Notes: generated by a model not told the origin, from the sequence alone. A stretch of 64,000 nt of DNA from IMGVR_UViG_3300027759_000045:282857-346856; one strand, 5' to 3'. Positions 27,282 through 37,128 are shown, counted from the first letter of the stretch. A program made the numbers and translations.

Positions 27282-27494
27282 ATGGCGAAAACTAAAACAG
27301 TAAACAAAATCAGTGACAAATTGGTCAAGGTCGGCGAATCATTCTCAGTGTACATGTACGACAATGCATACATGATTGAAGTAAGTGGCCGCGACAGTGA
27401 AAACGACTACAAAACAGTCAAGCTCATGGTTCCTGCATTGGATCAATTGCAGGCCCTGATCAAAGAAACTACAGAAATGGACCGGGATGACTAA
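27282..27494 (+). CDS. Hypothetical protein (70 aa)
   Basis: TTGACA..TATACT promoter and AAGGA SD upstream. Confidence 0.7.
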   Translation: MAKTKTVNKISDKLVKVGESFSVYMYDNAYMIEVSGRDSENDYKTVKLMVPALDQLQALIKETTEMDRDD

Positions 27495-27496
27495 TC

Positions 27497-27907
27497 ATGG
27501 CAACTTGGATATTAAAAACCCTGCACAAAAAGTCTGCTGTTGAACGACAGTTCTGGTTCAAAGCCGGCAAAACAATCATTCGCGAAGAAGGTTATCGGTG
27601 GGGCGAATTCTATTGTGAAAGCGATGATCGACCAGAGATTGACTTGGTCAATGCTGATGGATATAATCTAAGCGAAAGCGACTACGACTGGGAACTGACC
27701 AGTCTTGATGATGGCTGTTGGGCTGATTGGACTTTTCCAGAAGACATGACGGAAGAAGAGCAAGCAGAGATTGAAGCAGCCTGGGATGAAGATTACTTTG
27801 ACGGCATGGAAGAATTGGGGTGGCGCAATGATGATACAGAATACATCTTACGAGGTCCGTTGGAACTGTCTGATGAAGATGGTACAGTAATAGCACAAGG
27901 AGAATGA
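27497..27907 (+). CDS. Acidic hypothetical protein (136 aa)
   Basis: Operon packing. Confidence 0.7.
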   Translation: MATWILKTLHKKSAVERQFWFKAGKTIIREEGYRWGEFYCESDDRPEIDLVNADGYNLSESDYDWELTSLDDGCWADWTFPEDMTEEEQAEIEAAWDEDYFDGMEELGWRNDDTEYILRGPLELSDEDGTVIAQGE

Positions 27908-28086
27908 TGATGGGTAAATTTTTAGAATGGTGTAATCGTAACAGTAAATCAATTAGCCTTACAATCGGCGGGTTGAATCTACTGTCTGGGCTAAGTGCAT
28001 TGATTAATAGCAACTATGCACTTGCTATAGTGGGATTTACAATTGGTGGCGCCCTTATATTTGACGCTTATCGGGGATTCAAATGA
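27904..28086 (+). CDS. Small 2-TM membrane protein
   Basis: GGAG SD; two hydrophobic segments. Confidence 0.65.
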   Translation: MMMGKFLEWCNRNSKSISLTIGGLNLLSGLSALINSNYALAIVGFTIGGALIFDAYRGFK

Positions 28087-28634
28087 TCACAATGCAACAG
28101 TTTATGGAAGCTATTAATTATCGTATCTCCGAAGGCGGCGATTACGGATGGGCTTGTTACGGTTCTAATTCACATCAACTGAGTGCGTGGAACGGTGTTC
28201 ACGGTACCGGCGGCTGGAGTGCCAATATTGTGTTTAGTACCAAAAGTCAAAAGGTATACGAAGTGACAGTGTGTGACTACACACACGAACGTGCATATCG
28301 CTTGATCAATCCCAAGTACCGAGACAAGAACACAGCCGAGGCTACCCGTCGTGGTGAGTTGGGTAATCAAGCATGGGACGATGTTGACTACATTGACTTG
28401 GAGATCGAAGAAGATTTCCTGGAAAAGATGGAGGCCATTGTGGCAGGTGAGATCTACGACACTCGTGTACAAATGCAAGTGGATTTTTCGGATGAAGAGC
28501 TGTTGACATACATGAAGCTAGCACATGACCAGGACATGACATTTAATGAATTTGTTGAACAAGCATTAAGAGCCGCAATTGAGCAACACAAGTCGGACAA
28601 GTTTGCAGATGACTATGCACAAGATTTAGGATAA
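28083..28634 (+). CDS. Hypothetical protein (183 aa)
   Basis: ATGA overlap. Confidence 0.7.
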   Translation: MITMQQFMEAINYRISEGGDYGWACYGSNSHQLSAWNGVHGTGGWSANIVFSTKSQKVYEVTVCDYTHERAYRLINPKYRDKNTAEATRRGELGNQAWDDVDYIDLEIEEDFLEKMEAIVAGEIYDTRVQMQVDFSDEELLTYMKLAHDQDMTFNEFVEQALRAAIEQHKSDKFADDYAQDLG

Positions 28635-28635
28635 T

Positions 28636-29100
28636 ATGGCCGTAATAAAAAGTGTACGGTCTGATTATTATTTAAATTTTATCAAGGACGATCCTGTTCG
28701 TCCTCACTTACCTGTCTTTTGGCGTGTGGATCCCAATCGTGAAGTGTATGTGTTAGAAGATGATACTACAAATGAAGTACTGGCCGTAATCTGTGCGGCA
28801 TTCTGCAATCAAGTTCCCACAGACGAAGGCGAGTTAGAAAAGTTTTCTACTCCTACCACTCCCGATGAACCTATTGGTGAAGTCGTGGTGTTCTACACAG
28901 TATGGAGTTACCGACCTGGTGCTGGCCGAGAACTTGTTTTGGGTGCAGCCAAACTGATCAAAGATACAATGCCAGTAAAACGATTTATAACATTAAGTCC
29001 GCAAACTGAAATGGCTCGTAAATTTCATTTGCGTAACGGTGCAGTTGTATTACAAGTCAACACAACATCGGTCAATTACGAATATCTATTCAATGAATGA
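28636..29100 (+). CDS. Possible GNAT-fold protein
   Basis: FYTVWSYRPGAGRELV resembles an acetyl-CoA-binding loop. Confidence 0.5.
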   Translation: MAVIKSVRSDYYLNFIKDDPVRPHLPVFWRVDPNREVYVLEDDTTNEVLAVICAAFCNQVPTDEGELEKFSTPTTPDEPIGEVVVFYTVWSYRPGAGRELVLGAAKLIKDTMPVKRFITLSPQTEMARKFHLRNGAVVLQVNTTSVNYEYLFNE

Positions 29101-29495
29101 TACAAGAAACCGAACAAGAAAAACTCATACGCTATCTTAAAGGCGTTCGGTATGTGGTCATTAACACATGCCATGGTGGATATGGGCTAAGTCAAGAAGC
29201 TGAGTTTTTATATCTTAAACAATCATTGACTGACTACACAACACAAGATCGAGAAAGCCGTTTTGATACTGAACGATACGGGCCGCTAATTCTGGTCAAT
29301 GGAAAGATCTGGTACAGCAGTGATATTCCGCGTGATGATCCAGTGCTGGTGTCAGTGGTGCGTGAGCTGGGTGACCGAGCCAATGGTAATTTTGCCGAGT
29401 TAAAAATTGTAGAGGTACCTGCCTCAGTAGACTGGCAAATAGACGAATATGACGGCAGAGAATGGATCGCCGAAGTGCATCGAACATGGGACTAA
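29097..29495 (+). CDS. Hypothetical phage protein (132 aa)
   Basis: VVINTCHGGYGLS..RDDPVLV..IDEYDGREW. Confidence 0.7.
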   Translation: MIQETEQEKLIRYLKGVRYVVINTCHGGYGLSQEAEFLYLKQSLTDYTTQDRESRFDTERYGPLILVNGKIWYSSDIPRDDPVLVSVVRELGDRANGNFAELKIVEVPASVDWQIDEYDGREWIAEVHRTWD

Positions 29496-29514
29496 AACAG
29501 ATAAATATTACACT

Positions 29515-31050
29515 ATGTTTCTAAGTTTAATTACGTTGGCAGTGGCACTGAGCCTGTCGGTCATTGCGGCCTGGTATTCAATTGCAGGCCTTGCGGCCAT
29601 ATTTGCCGCCGCTGTGGTGCCAATCATAATCATGGGTGGCATCCTAGAACTGGCCAAAGTAGTGGTCACGCTGTGGCTACATGAACACTGGCGCCAATGC
29701 CGTTGGTTAATGAAGGCTTATCTGGTACCAGCGGTGTTTATGCTGATGGTTATCACTTCCATGGGTATCTTTGGATTTCTTTCCAAAGCACATTCTGATC
29801 AAAGCATGGTGTCCGGCGACGTACAAGCCAAAATTGCTTTGTATGACGAAAAGATCAAAATTGAACGGGAAAACATAGATGCTAATCGCCGAGCACTCAA
29901 ACAGATGGATGAGGCTGTGGACCAAGTTATGGGTCGCAGTGCAGATGAAAAAGGGGCGGACAAAGCAGTTGCCATACGCAGAGCCCAGCAGAAAGAACGT
30001 GCTCGCCTCCTTACAGACATTGCAGAAGCTCAAAAGAAAATCACAGTTCTCAATGAACAACGTGCGCCGATTGCGGTCGAAGTACGCAAAGTAGAAGCCG
30101 AAGTTGGGCCGATCAAATACATAGCCGCACTTATCTATGGTGACAATCCTGACTCTAATCTATTAGAAAAAGCAGTACGCTGGGTGATTATAATATTGGT
30201 CACAGTGTTTGACCCATTGGCCATCATGATGCTGTTGGCTGCCAGTGAGAGTCTAAGGTGGCACAGAGAAAAAAAATACAAAGCAGACGACGGTCCATTG
30301 ACTGATGAACAAGTAGAACAGCTACGAGATCTAGTAGAAGATTTGCCTGCAGGAAACCCAGTTGTTGTCAGCACCTTGTTTCCAGAAGACACCACTATTA
30401 ACTGTGCCCGATGTGATACTACTCTGGTAGATGCACCTGGCATTGGACTATTTTGTCCCAACAAAGATTGTAACACAAACGGAGAGCAACATGACGCAGA
30501 CGAAGATTTACCCGTGGCAGAAGTTCCTACTGACAGGATTGATGAAACAGAAACAATCAAAAAGGATGTCGTTGCCGACAATATTGAAACACCCGATACA
30601 GAAGATGATCACCTGGACGAAATGGATGCTGAAACCAAAGCAGCCGCACGTCGGTGGAAAGAAGACCACCCGACCCGCACCTTAAAGGCACAACGACGTT
30701 TATACGAACTCGGTGCAATTGATAACCTACCTTGGATGGATCCTGCATATCTGGAACTAACACCTGACAACGCACCTGCAAAAGAAAACTCCACTGGATT
30801 TGGAACAGTATTTCCGTCGGCTCCAATGAAAGGTGACACTTTCTTGCGTGTTGATCGGTTGCCAAGTGTACTGTACAAGTACAATGGAAATAATTGGATA
30901 GAGGTAGACAAGCAATTAAACAATCGCTATGCTTACAATGAAGCCTACATTGATCACTTGATTGTGAAAATTGATTCAGGTGAATATGATCCGGACCTGT
31001 TGAGTGAAGCAGAACAAGAACAAATCAAACGCCGCTTGACTGGACAATAA
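29515..31050 (+). CDS. Multi-TM/coiled-coil membrane protein with Zn-ribbon-like and C-terminal virion-type motif
   Basis: TAAATA 7 nt before MFLSLI; several TMs; CARC..CPNKDC; GFGTVFP..GDTFLRVD. Confidence 0.75.
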   Translation: MFLSLITLAVALSLSVIAAWYSIAGLAAIFAAAVVPIIIMGGILELAKVVVTLWLHEHWRQCRWLMKAYLVPAVFMLMVITSMGIFGFLSKAHSDQSMVSGDVQAKIALYDEKIKIERENIDANRRALKQMDEAVDQVMGRSADEKGADKAVAIRRAQQKERARLLTDIAEAQKKITVLNEQRAPIAVEVRKVEAEVGPIKYIAALIYGDNPDSNLLEKAVRWVIIILVTVFDPLAIMMLLAASESLRWHREKKYKADDGPLTDEQVEQLRDLVEDLPAGNPVVVSTLFPEDTTINCARCDTTLVDAPGIGLFCPNKDCNTNGEQHDADEDLPVAEVPTDRIDETETIKKDVVADNIETPDTEDDHLDEMDAETKAAARRWKEDHPTRTLKAQRRLYELGAIDNLPWMDPAYLELTPDNAPAKENSTGFGTVFPSAPMKGDTFLRVDRLPSVLYKYNGNNWIEVDKQLNNRYAYNEAYIDHLIVKIDSGEYDPDLLSEAEQEQIKRRLTGQ

Positions 31051-31051
31051 C

Positions 31052-32251
31052 ATGATCTCTAAAACAACACCTACACATTGTAATTTTTGTAACAAGCACA
31101 AAGACCAAGTGGGCAAACTGATTGTAGGACACAATGTTGGTATATGCAACGAGTGTGTGGAATTCTGTCACGGGCTGTTGCTGTCAAAAGAACATGCTGT
31201 AAAATCTACTGTACAGTCTGTACTAGACCCACGTGAGATACACCAGTACCTGGATCAATATGTGATTGGACAGTCCGGTGCCAAGATTGTGTTAAGTGTA
31301 GCAATTACCAATCACTACAAACGAATTGGTAATCCAGATCCCCAAAACGAAATACAAAAAGCCAACATCTTAATGACTGGGCCAACCGGCACAGGTAAAA
31401 CACTTATGGCTCGCACAGTGGCCCGGTACTTGGATGTGCCGTTTGTTATTGCAGACGCCACAACACTGACAGAAGCAGGATATGTAGGTGACGATGTTGA
31501 CAGTTTAATTGCTAGACTATTCCATGCCAGCGGCAACGATGTTGAACGCACACAACGTGGAATTGTGTTCCTAGACGAAGTAGATAAGATTGCTCGCAAA
31601 GGTGAAAGTAGTACTGTATCACGTGATGTGAGTGGCGAAGGTGTTCAACAAGCACTGCTTAAACTGATCGAAGGCACACGATGTAAAGTGCCAAATCAAG
31701 GAGTGCGCAAAACATCCAGCAGTGAAACAATTGACATTGACACTGCCAACATACTGTTTATTGTAGGTGGTGCATTTGTTGGACTAGACAAAGTGATCAA
31801 AGCACGTACACAAGGCACGTCGATTGGGTTTGGCGCCAGCACTGTCAAAGAAAATGTATCCGAAGCAATCACACCCGACGATTTAGTACGTTATGGAATG
31901 ATTCCAGAGTTTGTGGGACGGTTCCCATCTATTATACAGTTGGAAGAACTAACTAAATCTCAACTTATTACTATTTTGACAGAAGTAAAAAACAACTTGG
32001 TCAGTCAGTACAGATGGTTGTTTAACCAGGATGGTGTGGCCCTGGACTTTGATGCCGACAGTATAGACCTAATTGCAGAACGCACAATCACCACAAAAAC
32101 TGGTGCTCGTGGATTACACACAGAACTCGAACGTGTACTCTTGCCCCATATGTACAACTTAAAAGATTATCAGTCTCGCAATATTTTAAAAATTGCCATT
32201 GATAAAACACAAGTTACTACTCCTATCCGATTAGAACAACAAAATTCGTAA
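31052..32251 (+). CDS. clpX: ClpX ATPase
   Basis: C4 zinc domain, GPTGTGKT, DEVDKI, RDVSGEGVQQALLK, IGF loop. Confidence 0.95.
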   Translation: MISKTTPTHCNFCNKHKDQVGKLIVGHNVGICNECVEFCHGLLLSKEHAVKSTVQSVLDPREIHQYLDQYVIGQSGAKIVLSVAITNHYKRIGNPDPQNEIQKANILMTGPTGTGKTLMARTVARYLDVPFVIADATTLTEAGYVGDDVDSLIARLFHASGNDVERTQRGIVFLDEVDKIARKGESSTVSRDVSGEGVQQALLKLIEGTRCKVPNQGVRKTSSSETIDIDTANILFIVGGAFVGLDKVIKARTQGTSIGFGASTVKENVSEAITPDDLVRYGMIPEFVGRFPSIIQLEELTKSQLITILTEVKNNLVSQYRWLFNQDGVALDFDADSIDLIAERTITTKTGARGLHTELERVLLPHMYNLKDYQSRNILKIAIDKTQVTTPIRLEQQNS

Positions 32252-32309
32252 CAGATCAGTTGACACAGCACTCAGCATGTGTTATAATTCATTATTATAA
32301 GGAAACACT

Positions 32310-32606
32310 ATGAAATTAATCCCTATTCGTGACCGCATCGTTGTGCAGTTGATTGAAGCAGAAACTACAACTGCCAGTGGTCTAATTATCCCAGATGCAG
32401 CCGCAGAAAAACCCAGCCAGGGCGATGTACTTGCTGTGGGCACAGGTCGTATTGCCGAAGATGGCGAACTAGTGCCGATGGTGGTTAAGGTCGGCGATCG
32501 TGTGTTGTTCAGCAAAACTGCTGTGCAAAAAGTCAAAGTTGACAACAAAGAATTTAACTTTGTGTACGAAACCGACATCATGGCAATTATAAAACAAACT
32601 GTATAA
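32310..32606 (+). CDS. groES: Co-chaperonin GroES
   Basis: PIRDRIVV, TASGLIIPD, VGTGR, VKVGDRVLF; TTGACA-17-TATAAT upstream. Confidence 0.93.
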   Translation: MKLIPIRDRIVVQLIEAETTTASGLIIPDAAAEKPSQGDVLAVGTGRIAEDGELVPMVVKVGDRVLFSKTAVQKVKVDNKEFNFVYETDIMAIIKQTV

Positions 32607-32684
32607 AATCTGTGATAAATAATATTGTAGTGCCCATAGTGGGGCTACATTATAAGTCATCTTGCTTAATAAAGGAGAAAACAA

Positions 32685-33140
32685 ATGACAAAAACTCTCA
32701 CCCTTCGCTCTTTCGACATTCCCGCACTGCACAAATTTGGTATCGGTTTTGATAACATGTTTGATGATCTTATGCGTGTGAGTGCTCAACAAGGCAACAC
32801 CAATTACCCGCCCTATAACATTGTACAAGTCAGCGATGACGAGTATAAGATCAGTATAGCTGTGGCCGGATTTAGTCTAGACAACTTGGCAGTGACCAAG
32901 GACAAAAAAATTCTAGTTATCGAAGGCAAACAAAATATAGGCGAGTTAATGGACGAAGAGTCTGTGAACTATTTGCACAAAGGAATCAGTGAGCGTAGTT
33001 TCCGTAGAGAATTCCAACTGGCGGACCATGTGGAAATTACCAATGCACATCTTGAACTTGGCATTTTAAGCATTCATCTAAAACGTGAAGTTCCAGAAGA
33101 AGCTCGGCCAAAGACCATTGCAATCACCTACACAGTCTAA
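32685..33140 (+). CDS. hsp20: Small heat-shock protein (IbpA/Hsp20)
   Basis: NYPPYNI, IAVAGF, YLHKGISERSFRREF, LGILSI. Confidence 0.95.
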   Translation: MTKTLTLRSFDIPALHKFGIGFDNMFDDLMRVSAQQGNTNYPPYNIVQVSDDEYKISIAVAGFSLDNLAVTKDKKILVIEGKQNIGELMDEESVNYLHKGISERSFRREFQLADHVEITNAHLELGILSIHLKREVPEEARPKTIAITYTV

Positions 33141-33158
33141 TATAATAGTGTAAATACA

Positions 33159-33181
33159 GTGGGGGCATGTCATGCCCCCAC
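33159..33181 (+). promoter_or_regulatory. GC-rich 5' hairpin after a late promoter, clpS leader
   Basis: TAAATA at 33151 then GTGGGGGCAT-gtc-ATGCCCCCAC. Confidence 0.7.
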
Positions 33182-33199
33182 ACTACAAAAGGATATAAA

Positions 33200-33505
33200 A
33201 TGGCAGATACAAATACAATACCAAAATCAAAAGTAGAATTTCGTGAGCCGCCATTATTCAAAATTATCTACTTGAACGATAACAAAACATCTGTGGATTT
33301 TGTAGTTGAAAGTTTGATACGACATTTTGAGTACACCGCAGAAACTGCTGTGACAATTACAGAAGATATTCACAATGCCGGATCTGCAATTGTTGCAATC
33401 TTGCCTTATGAAATTGCCGAACAAAAAGGCATTGAAGTTACACTGGATGCACGTAGTAACGATTATCCTTTGCAAATTAAATTAGAACCCGAAACCTCAC
33501 GTTAA
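33200..33505 (+). CDS. clpS: ClpS adaptor
   Basis: PPLFKIIYLNDNKT..DIHNAG..EIAEQK; AAGGA SD before ATG 33200. Confidence 0.9.
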   Translation: MADTNTIPKSKVEFREPPLFKIIYLNDNKTSVDFVVESLIRHFEYTAETAVTITEDIHNAGSAIVAILPYEIAEQKGIEVTLDARSNDYPLQIKLEPETSR

Positions 33506-34293
33506 CAATCAACCACAATGCGCTTGGGGTGATAAGTCGGAGTCCAGGTAGATGAATCTTCAACTCTGCCCCGGCAGTTGTTCACGTATCTAATGCCGTG
33601 CTGATGCTGGTCAATGGCATTATGATAGTGTCCAAAGCACCAAGTTTTAACTTTGTTTTCTGTATCGCCATCCAGTGCCATCTGCATAAGAGAATTTCCC
33701 ATTACATTAAACTTATAAGTTGACGTAATCTCCATGTCATAATTTATTAAATCTATGTTTGGCACAGTGTGTGTGACAAGAACAATTGATGTAACATCAG
33801 GATGTGTTTGAAGTTTTTTAATACTGTTTCTCAAGTAAGCAACATCGTTGTATGCCATGCTGTGTATAGCACTGGTAACAGGCATGCTGACATCCATGAC
33901 ATCGCAATACCATAATCTACACTGTTCATCATCAATGCTGGAATCTAGATCATATGTCCACCAGCCGTTGGTGCCAACAAATGCAACATTGTTAACAATC
34001 ACACAGTTGTCTTGTAGAAATACTACATTTTCTATTCCAGCAACAGCTTCTTGTAGTATGTTATAACTATCACTAAGTGAGTCTAAACTGTATCTATGTT
34101 CGTTGTTGCCGTCGATATAAAACACTGCTTGATAGCATTGACCAAGATGTTCTAATGTGTCTCGCACTATTTCAACATCCATGGAAATATCGCCGGCTAC
34201 GACACAGAATGGGCTGGTGGCTATTCCGGTCCAATCAAATGTGTCTGTGGGACCTAGGTGCAGGTCACTTATGAGATCAAATGTTAACGTCAC
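33502..34293 (-). CDS. Calcineurin-like metallophosphoesterase
   Basis: SDLH, AGD, GNNEH, THTVP, FGHYH. Confidence 0.9.
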   Translation of the reverse strand: MTLTFDLISDLHLGPTDTFDWTGIATSPFCVVAGDISMDVEIVRDTLEHLGQCYQAVFYIDGNNEHRYSLDSLSDSYNILQEAVAGIENVVFLQDNCVIVNNVAFVGTNGWWTYDLDSSIDDEQCRLWYCDVMDVSMPVTSAIHSMAYNDVAYLRNSIKKLQTHPDVTSIVLVTHTVPNIDLINYDMEITSTYKFNVMGNSLMQMALDGDTENKVKTWCFGHYHNAIDQHQHGIRYVNNCRGRVEDSSTWTPTYHPKRIVVDC

Positions 34294-34894
34294 GCTTTGT
34301 TCTCCTTGTTTTTTTAAATGTTGCTGACCGTAGTTTTTTTAATTTGGCTGCCTTCTCTGGTCCGTAAATTTCTTCGTATGTCTTGCCTTTGAGATGTTTT
34401 CTAGTGTTTTCACTTAGAAATTTTTTAGTCTCTTCTGAATGTGTTCGCCCCCACATACCGTTCTTTGATCCTGACATTGCTTTGCTATGATTTATCTTAG
34501 CCTCGTCACTGTGTAATTTACCAGTCATTATTTTAGAATGATTAATTTTCCATTCATCCGATTTTGACCGACCCTTCATTTTAGAGCTTACTATTTTCCT
34601 TGATTCTTCTCCCATAGCACCACCCGATCCGGATTCTTCTTTAAGATTAGCCCATGTTGGATCATTGACGATATTCCATAATTGACTGTAATATATTCCT
34701 TGATTTTTAATTTCTTCTTTATTATTACTTTCAAATAATATTTCGGTATGGACATTATCGCCGTGTTTTTTGAGATGCCTGCTCCAGTATTTTCCCGAAC
34801 CTTTGTATGTATAAGGGTCCTGAGAGGTGTACCCAAGATATTGTAATCCAGTTAGTAGGTGTGTTTTTTTGTACAGAGAAAGTTTATTCATCAT
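34277..34894 (-). mobile_element. Free-standing homing endonuclease (GIY-YIG/Seg-like with NUMOD3 repeats)
   Basis: YLGYT..YKGSG..W; repeated (H/K)S(D/E)ExK motifs; AT-rich; own TAAATA. Confidence 0.8.
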
Positions 34895-34917
34895 ACATAT
34901 TTAAAAGGAAACCGATC

Positions 34918-35280
34918 GTGAACATTATTATTGACCCTGCTCAAATTGAAACCTACCGTGAAAAGTACACAGTGCTAGAATTAGATACTATCCGAATTGT
35001 GCCCGAGAATAAACAAGTAACTGCATACTGTGTGGTTGACACAATTCCAATTATGGAATTGCCTCAGACCCAAAGCAAGATGGATCTTCATGCCAATCTG
35101 TTGACCAATTACCGTGCCCGTGATTGGAACTACTGCCATCAAGCACTGGATCATTTGATTGGTAGCTGGAACAAAGAACTGGATAGTTTCTACGAAGACA
35201 TTCGTAATCGTATTAACACATATATGGAAACAGATCCTGGCCCCGAGTGGGATGGAGTTATTGAAAAGCATCCTGATTGA
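34918..35280 (+). CDS. Protein resembling the C-terminal helical tail of class III adenylate cyclases
   Basis: GTG start after AAAGGA; YRARDW..WDGV. Confidence 0.55.
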   Translation: MNIIIDPAQIETYREKYTVLELDTIRIVPENKQVTAYCVVDTIPIMELPQTQSKMDLHANLLTNYRARDWNYCHQALDHLIGSWNKELDSFYEDIRNRINTYMETDPGPEWDGVIEKHPD

Positions 35281-35283
35281 TCC

Positions 35284-36438
35284 ATGACAAAATCATGTGT
35301 ACTTGCCAGACATGGTATAAGTGTAGAAACAAATGGTACTTTGAGGCCATGTTGTCAGTTTCACGAATTACCTCAAGATGAGCACAAATTTTATACATTC
35401 CATGAATACTCACAGTGGCGAATAGAAATGGACAAGCTATCCAACGATCTTGATGCAGGCATAGAAGATCCTAGGTGTCACCAGTGCTGGCATGATGAAA
35501 ATATTGGATACCGCAGTTTGCGAACAATGTCTAATACCCGTCATCAAGATGCTGATAAAAAGAATACCAAAAAAAATCGAGCATTTTTTAATCGGCATAC
35601 CTCACCATGGCATGTGGAATTTAAATTGGGAAATTTTTGTAATCTTCGATGTATAATGTGTAGTCCTTACTCAAGTTCAAGTATCTGGACAGAATATATA
35701 AAAAACAAACCAAGTTACAACTCTGCTAATATTTATTGGGATCCTCCAACTGGAGAGCACAAGTGGTGGGAAAGCAACGACTTTACTGAGTTCTGTGGTA
35801 GAATTTTACCAACAGTCAGATTTTTACATTTCTCCGGTGGCGAGCCGTTTATGGTTCCGGGACTGGCCAACATGCTGAATCAAGTTACCGAACCAAAAAA
35901 CGTAGATTTGTTATTTGTAACAAACATGACCATGATTGATAACACTGTGTTAGAACTGATAAAACAATTCAAATCAGTGAATTTTGCAATCAGTCTCGAA
36001 GGCACGGACCAACACAACGATTACATACGGTACGGAAGCGATTTTACTGTGATTGAAAAGAACATAGACCGAGTAAGAAATCTAATACCAGGACAAACTC
36101 ATTTGATCGTTAACCATACATTCCAACATACCAGCATTTATTCTCTTCCTGCGTTAATAGATTGGTGTCACGATCAAAATTTTAATATACACTTTTCTCT
36201 TCATGGCGGCGAGGATTACATGAGAATAAATTCTGTACCACCTGCGGACATGGCCCGGTTTAAGGATCAAATTGAGCAGTCTTTGACGGTTGACCCTGAT
36301 GTTAAATCATATGCGCTTAATGTAATCAAAGACTACCAATATGATTCTGAATTAAATGCTAAATTTCGCCGATATACCAACATGATTGACGGTGTCAGAG
36401 GCAACAACTATAATTTAACATTTGACCCTACTAATTAG
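35284..36438 (+). CDS. Radical SAM protein with N-terminal Twitch-like domain
   Basis: RPCC..CHQCW; LGNFCNLRCIMC; SGGEP. Confidence 0.9.
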   Translation: MTKSCVLARHGISVETNGTLRPCCQFHELPQDEHKFYTFHEYSQWRIEMDKLSNDLDAGIEDPRCHQCWHDENIGYRSLRTMSNTRHQDADKKNTKKNRAFFNRHTSPWHVEFKLGNFCNLRCIMCSPYSSSSIWTEYIKNKPSYNSANIYWDPPTGEHKWWESNDFTEFCGRILPTVRFLHFSGGEPFMVPGLANMLNQVTEPKNVDLLFVTNMTMIDNTVLELIKQFKSVNFAISLEGTDQHNDYIRYGSDFTVIEKNIDRVRNLIPGQTHLIVNHTFQHTSIYSLPALIDWCHDQNFNIHFSLHGGEDYMRINSVPPADMARFKDQIEQSLTVDPDVKSYALNVIKDYQYDSELNAKFRRYTNMIDGVRGNNYNLTFDPTN

Positions 36439-36492
36439 TTTTACAAATGTATTGGTAATGGTCTTTTGTATGTTGATATCAACTTCTTTTCT

Positions 36493-36975
36493 TTAAGATC
36501 GAACTATCATAGCAAAACTGAAAAGCACAACAGGGACAGATATTGCCATGAAACTTATGCCTATAAGTACTCTGTCTATCATGTCGGCCTGTGCTTGAAT
36601 TTTAGCATTTTTAATGTCTGCTTGTAGTTTGGCACGTTCTTTGTACATACGCACACGCTCAGCCATCATCTCATCCCAGACGTCTTTGTTGCCTGACCAT
36701 ATTAACATTTCTTTCAATTCTTTTTCAGCATCACGTAGAGCCTTACTCTGCATGGCAATTTGAATTGACATTGCCCTGATCTGTCCGTCAGTGAGAATAT
36801 TTTTGCTGGTTTGTGCTTTTATGTTTGCTTCATGGATGGTATCACTATTTTCAAAGAACTTGGCAAACTGTCCGTAAAGACTGTTAATATCTTTACCCAG
36901 GGCAATGGCTTTTTTAATATAACCAACTGATTGTTGAGCGGCTGTAAATGCCAGACCAAGGGTGATAGGATCCAT
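36493..36975 (-). CDS. Helical protein with C-terminal TM (160 aa)
   Basis: MDPITLGLAF..; last gene of the exported operon. Confidence 0.75.
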   Translation of the reverse strand: MDPITLGLAFTAAQQSVGYIKKAIALGKDINSLYGQFAKFFENSDTIHEANIKAQTSKNILTDGQIRAMSIQIAMQSKALRDAEKELKEMLIWSGNKDVWDEMMAERVRMYKERAKLQADIKNAKIQAQADMIDRVLIGISFMAISVPVVLFSFAMIVRS

Positions 36976-37127
36976 TATTTTTTCTTGGGCTCCTTGTCTT
37001 TAGGAGGAGGCTTGGACCATTCTAAACATACAACTACTCGGTTATAAACATCTCCTGACCAGGTCCATCTTACACATCTAGGCTCTTGGGCTAAAATGTA
37101 CAAGGATAACATGGTCGCGCCGATCAT
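36975..37127 (-). CDS. Small exported disulfide-hairpin peptide (50 aa)
   Basis: MIGATMLSLYILAQEPRCVRWTW..VCLEW; starts 1 nt after the upstream stop. Confidence 0.7.
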   Translation of the reverse strand: MIGATMLSLYILAQEPRCVRWTWSGDVYNRVVVCLEWSKPPPKDKEPKKK

Positions 37128-37128
37128 A

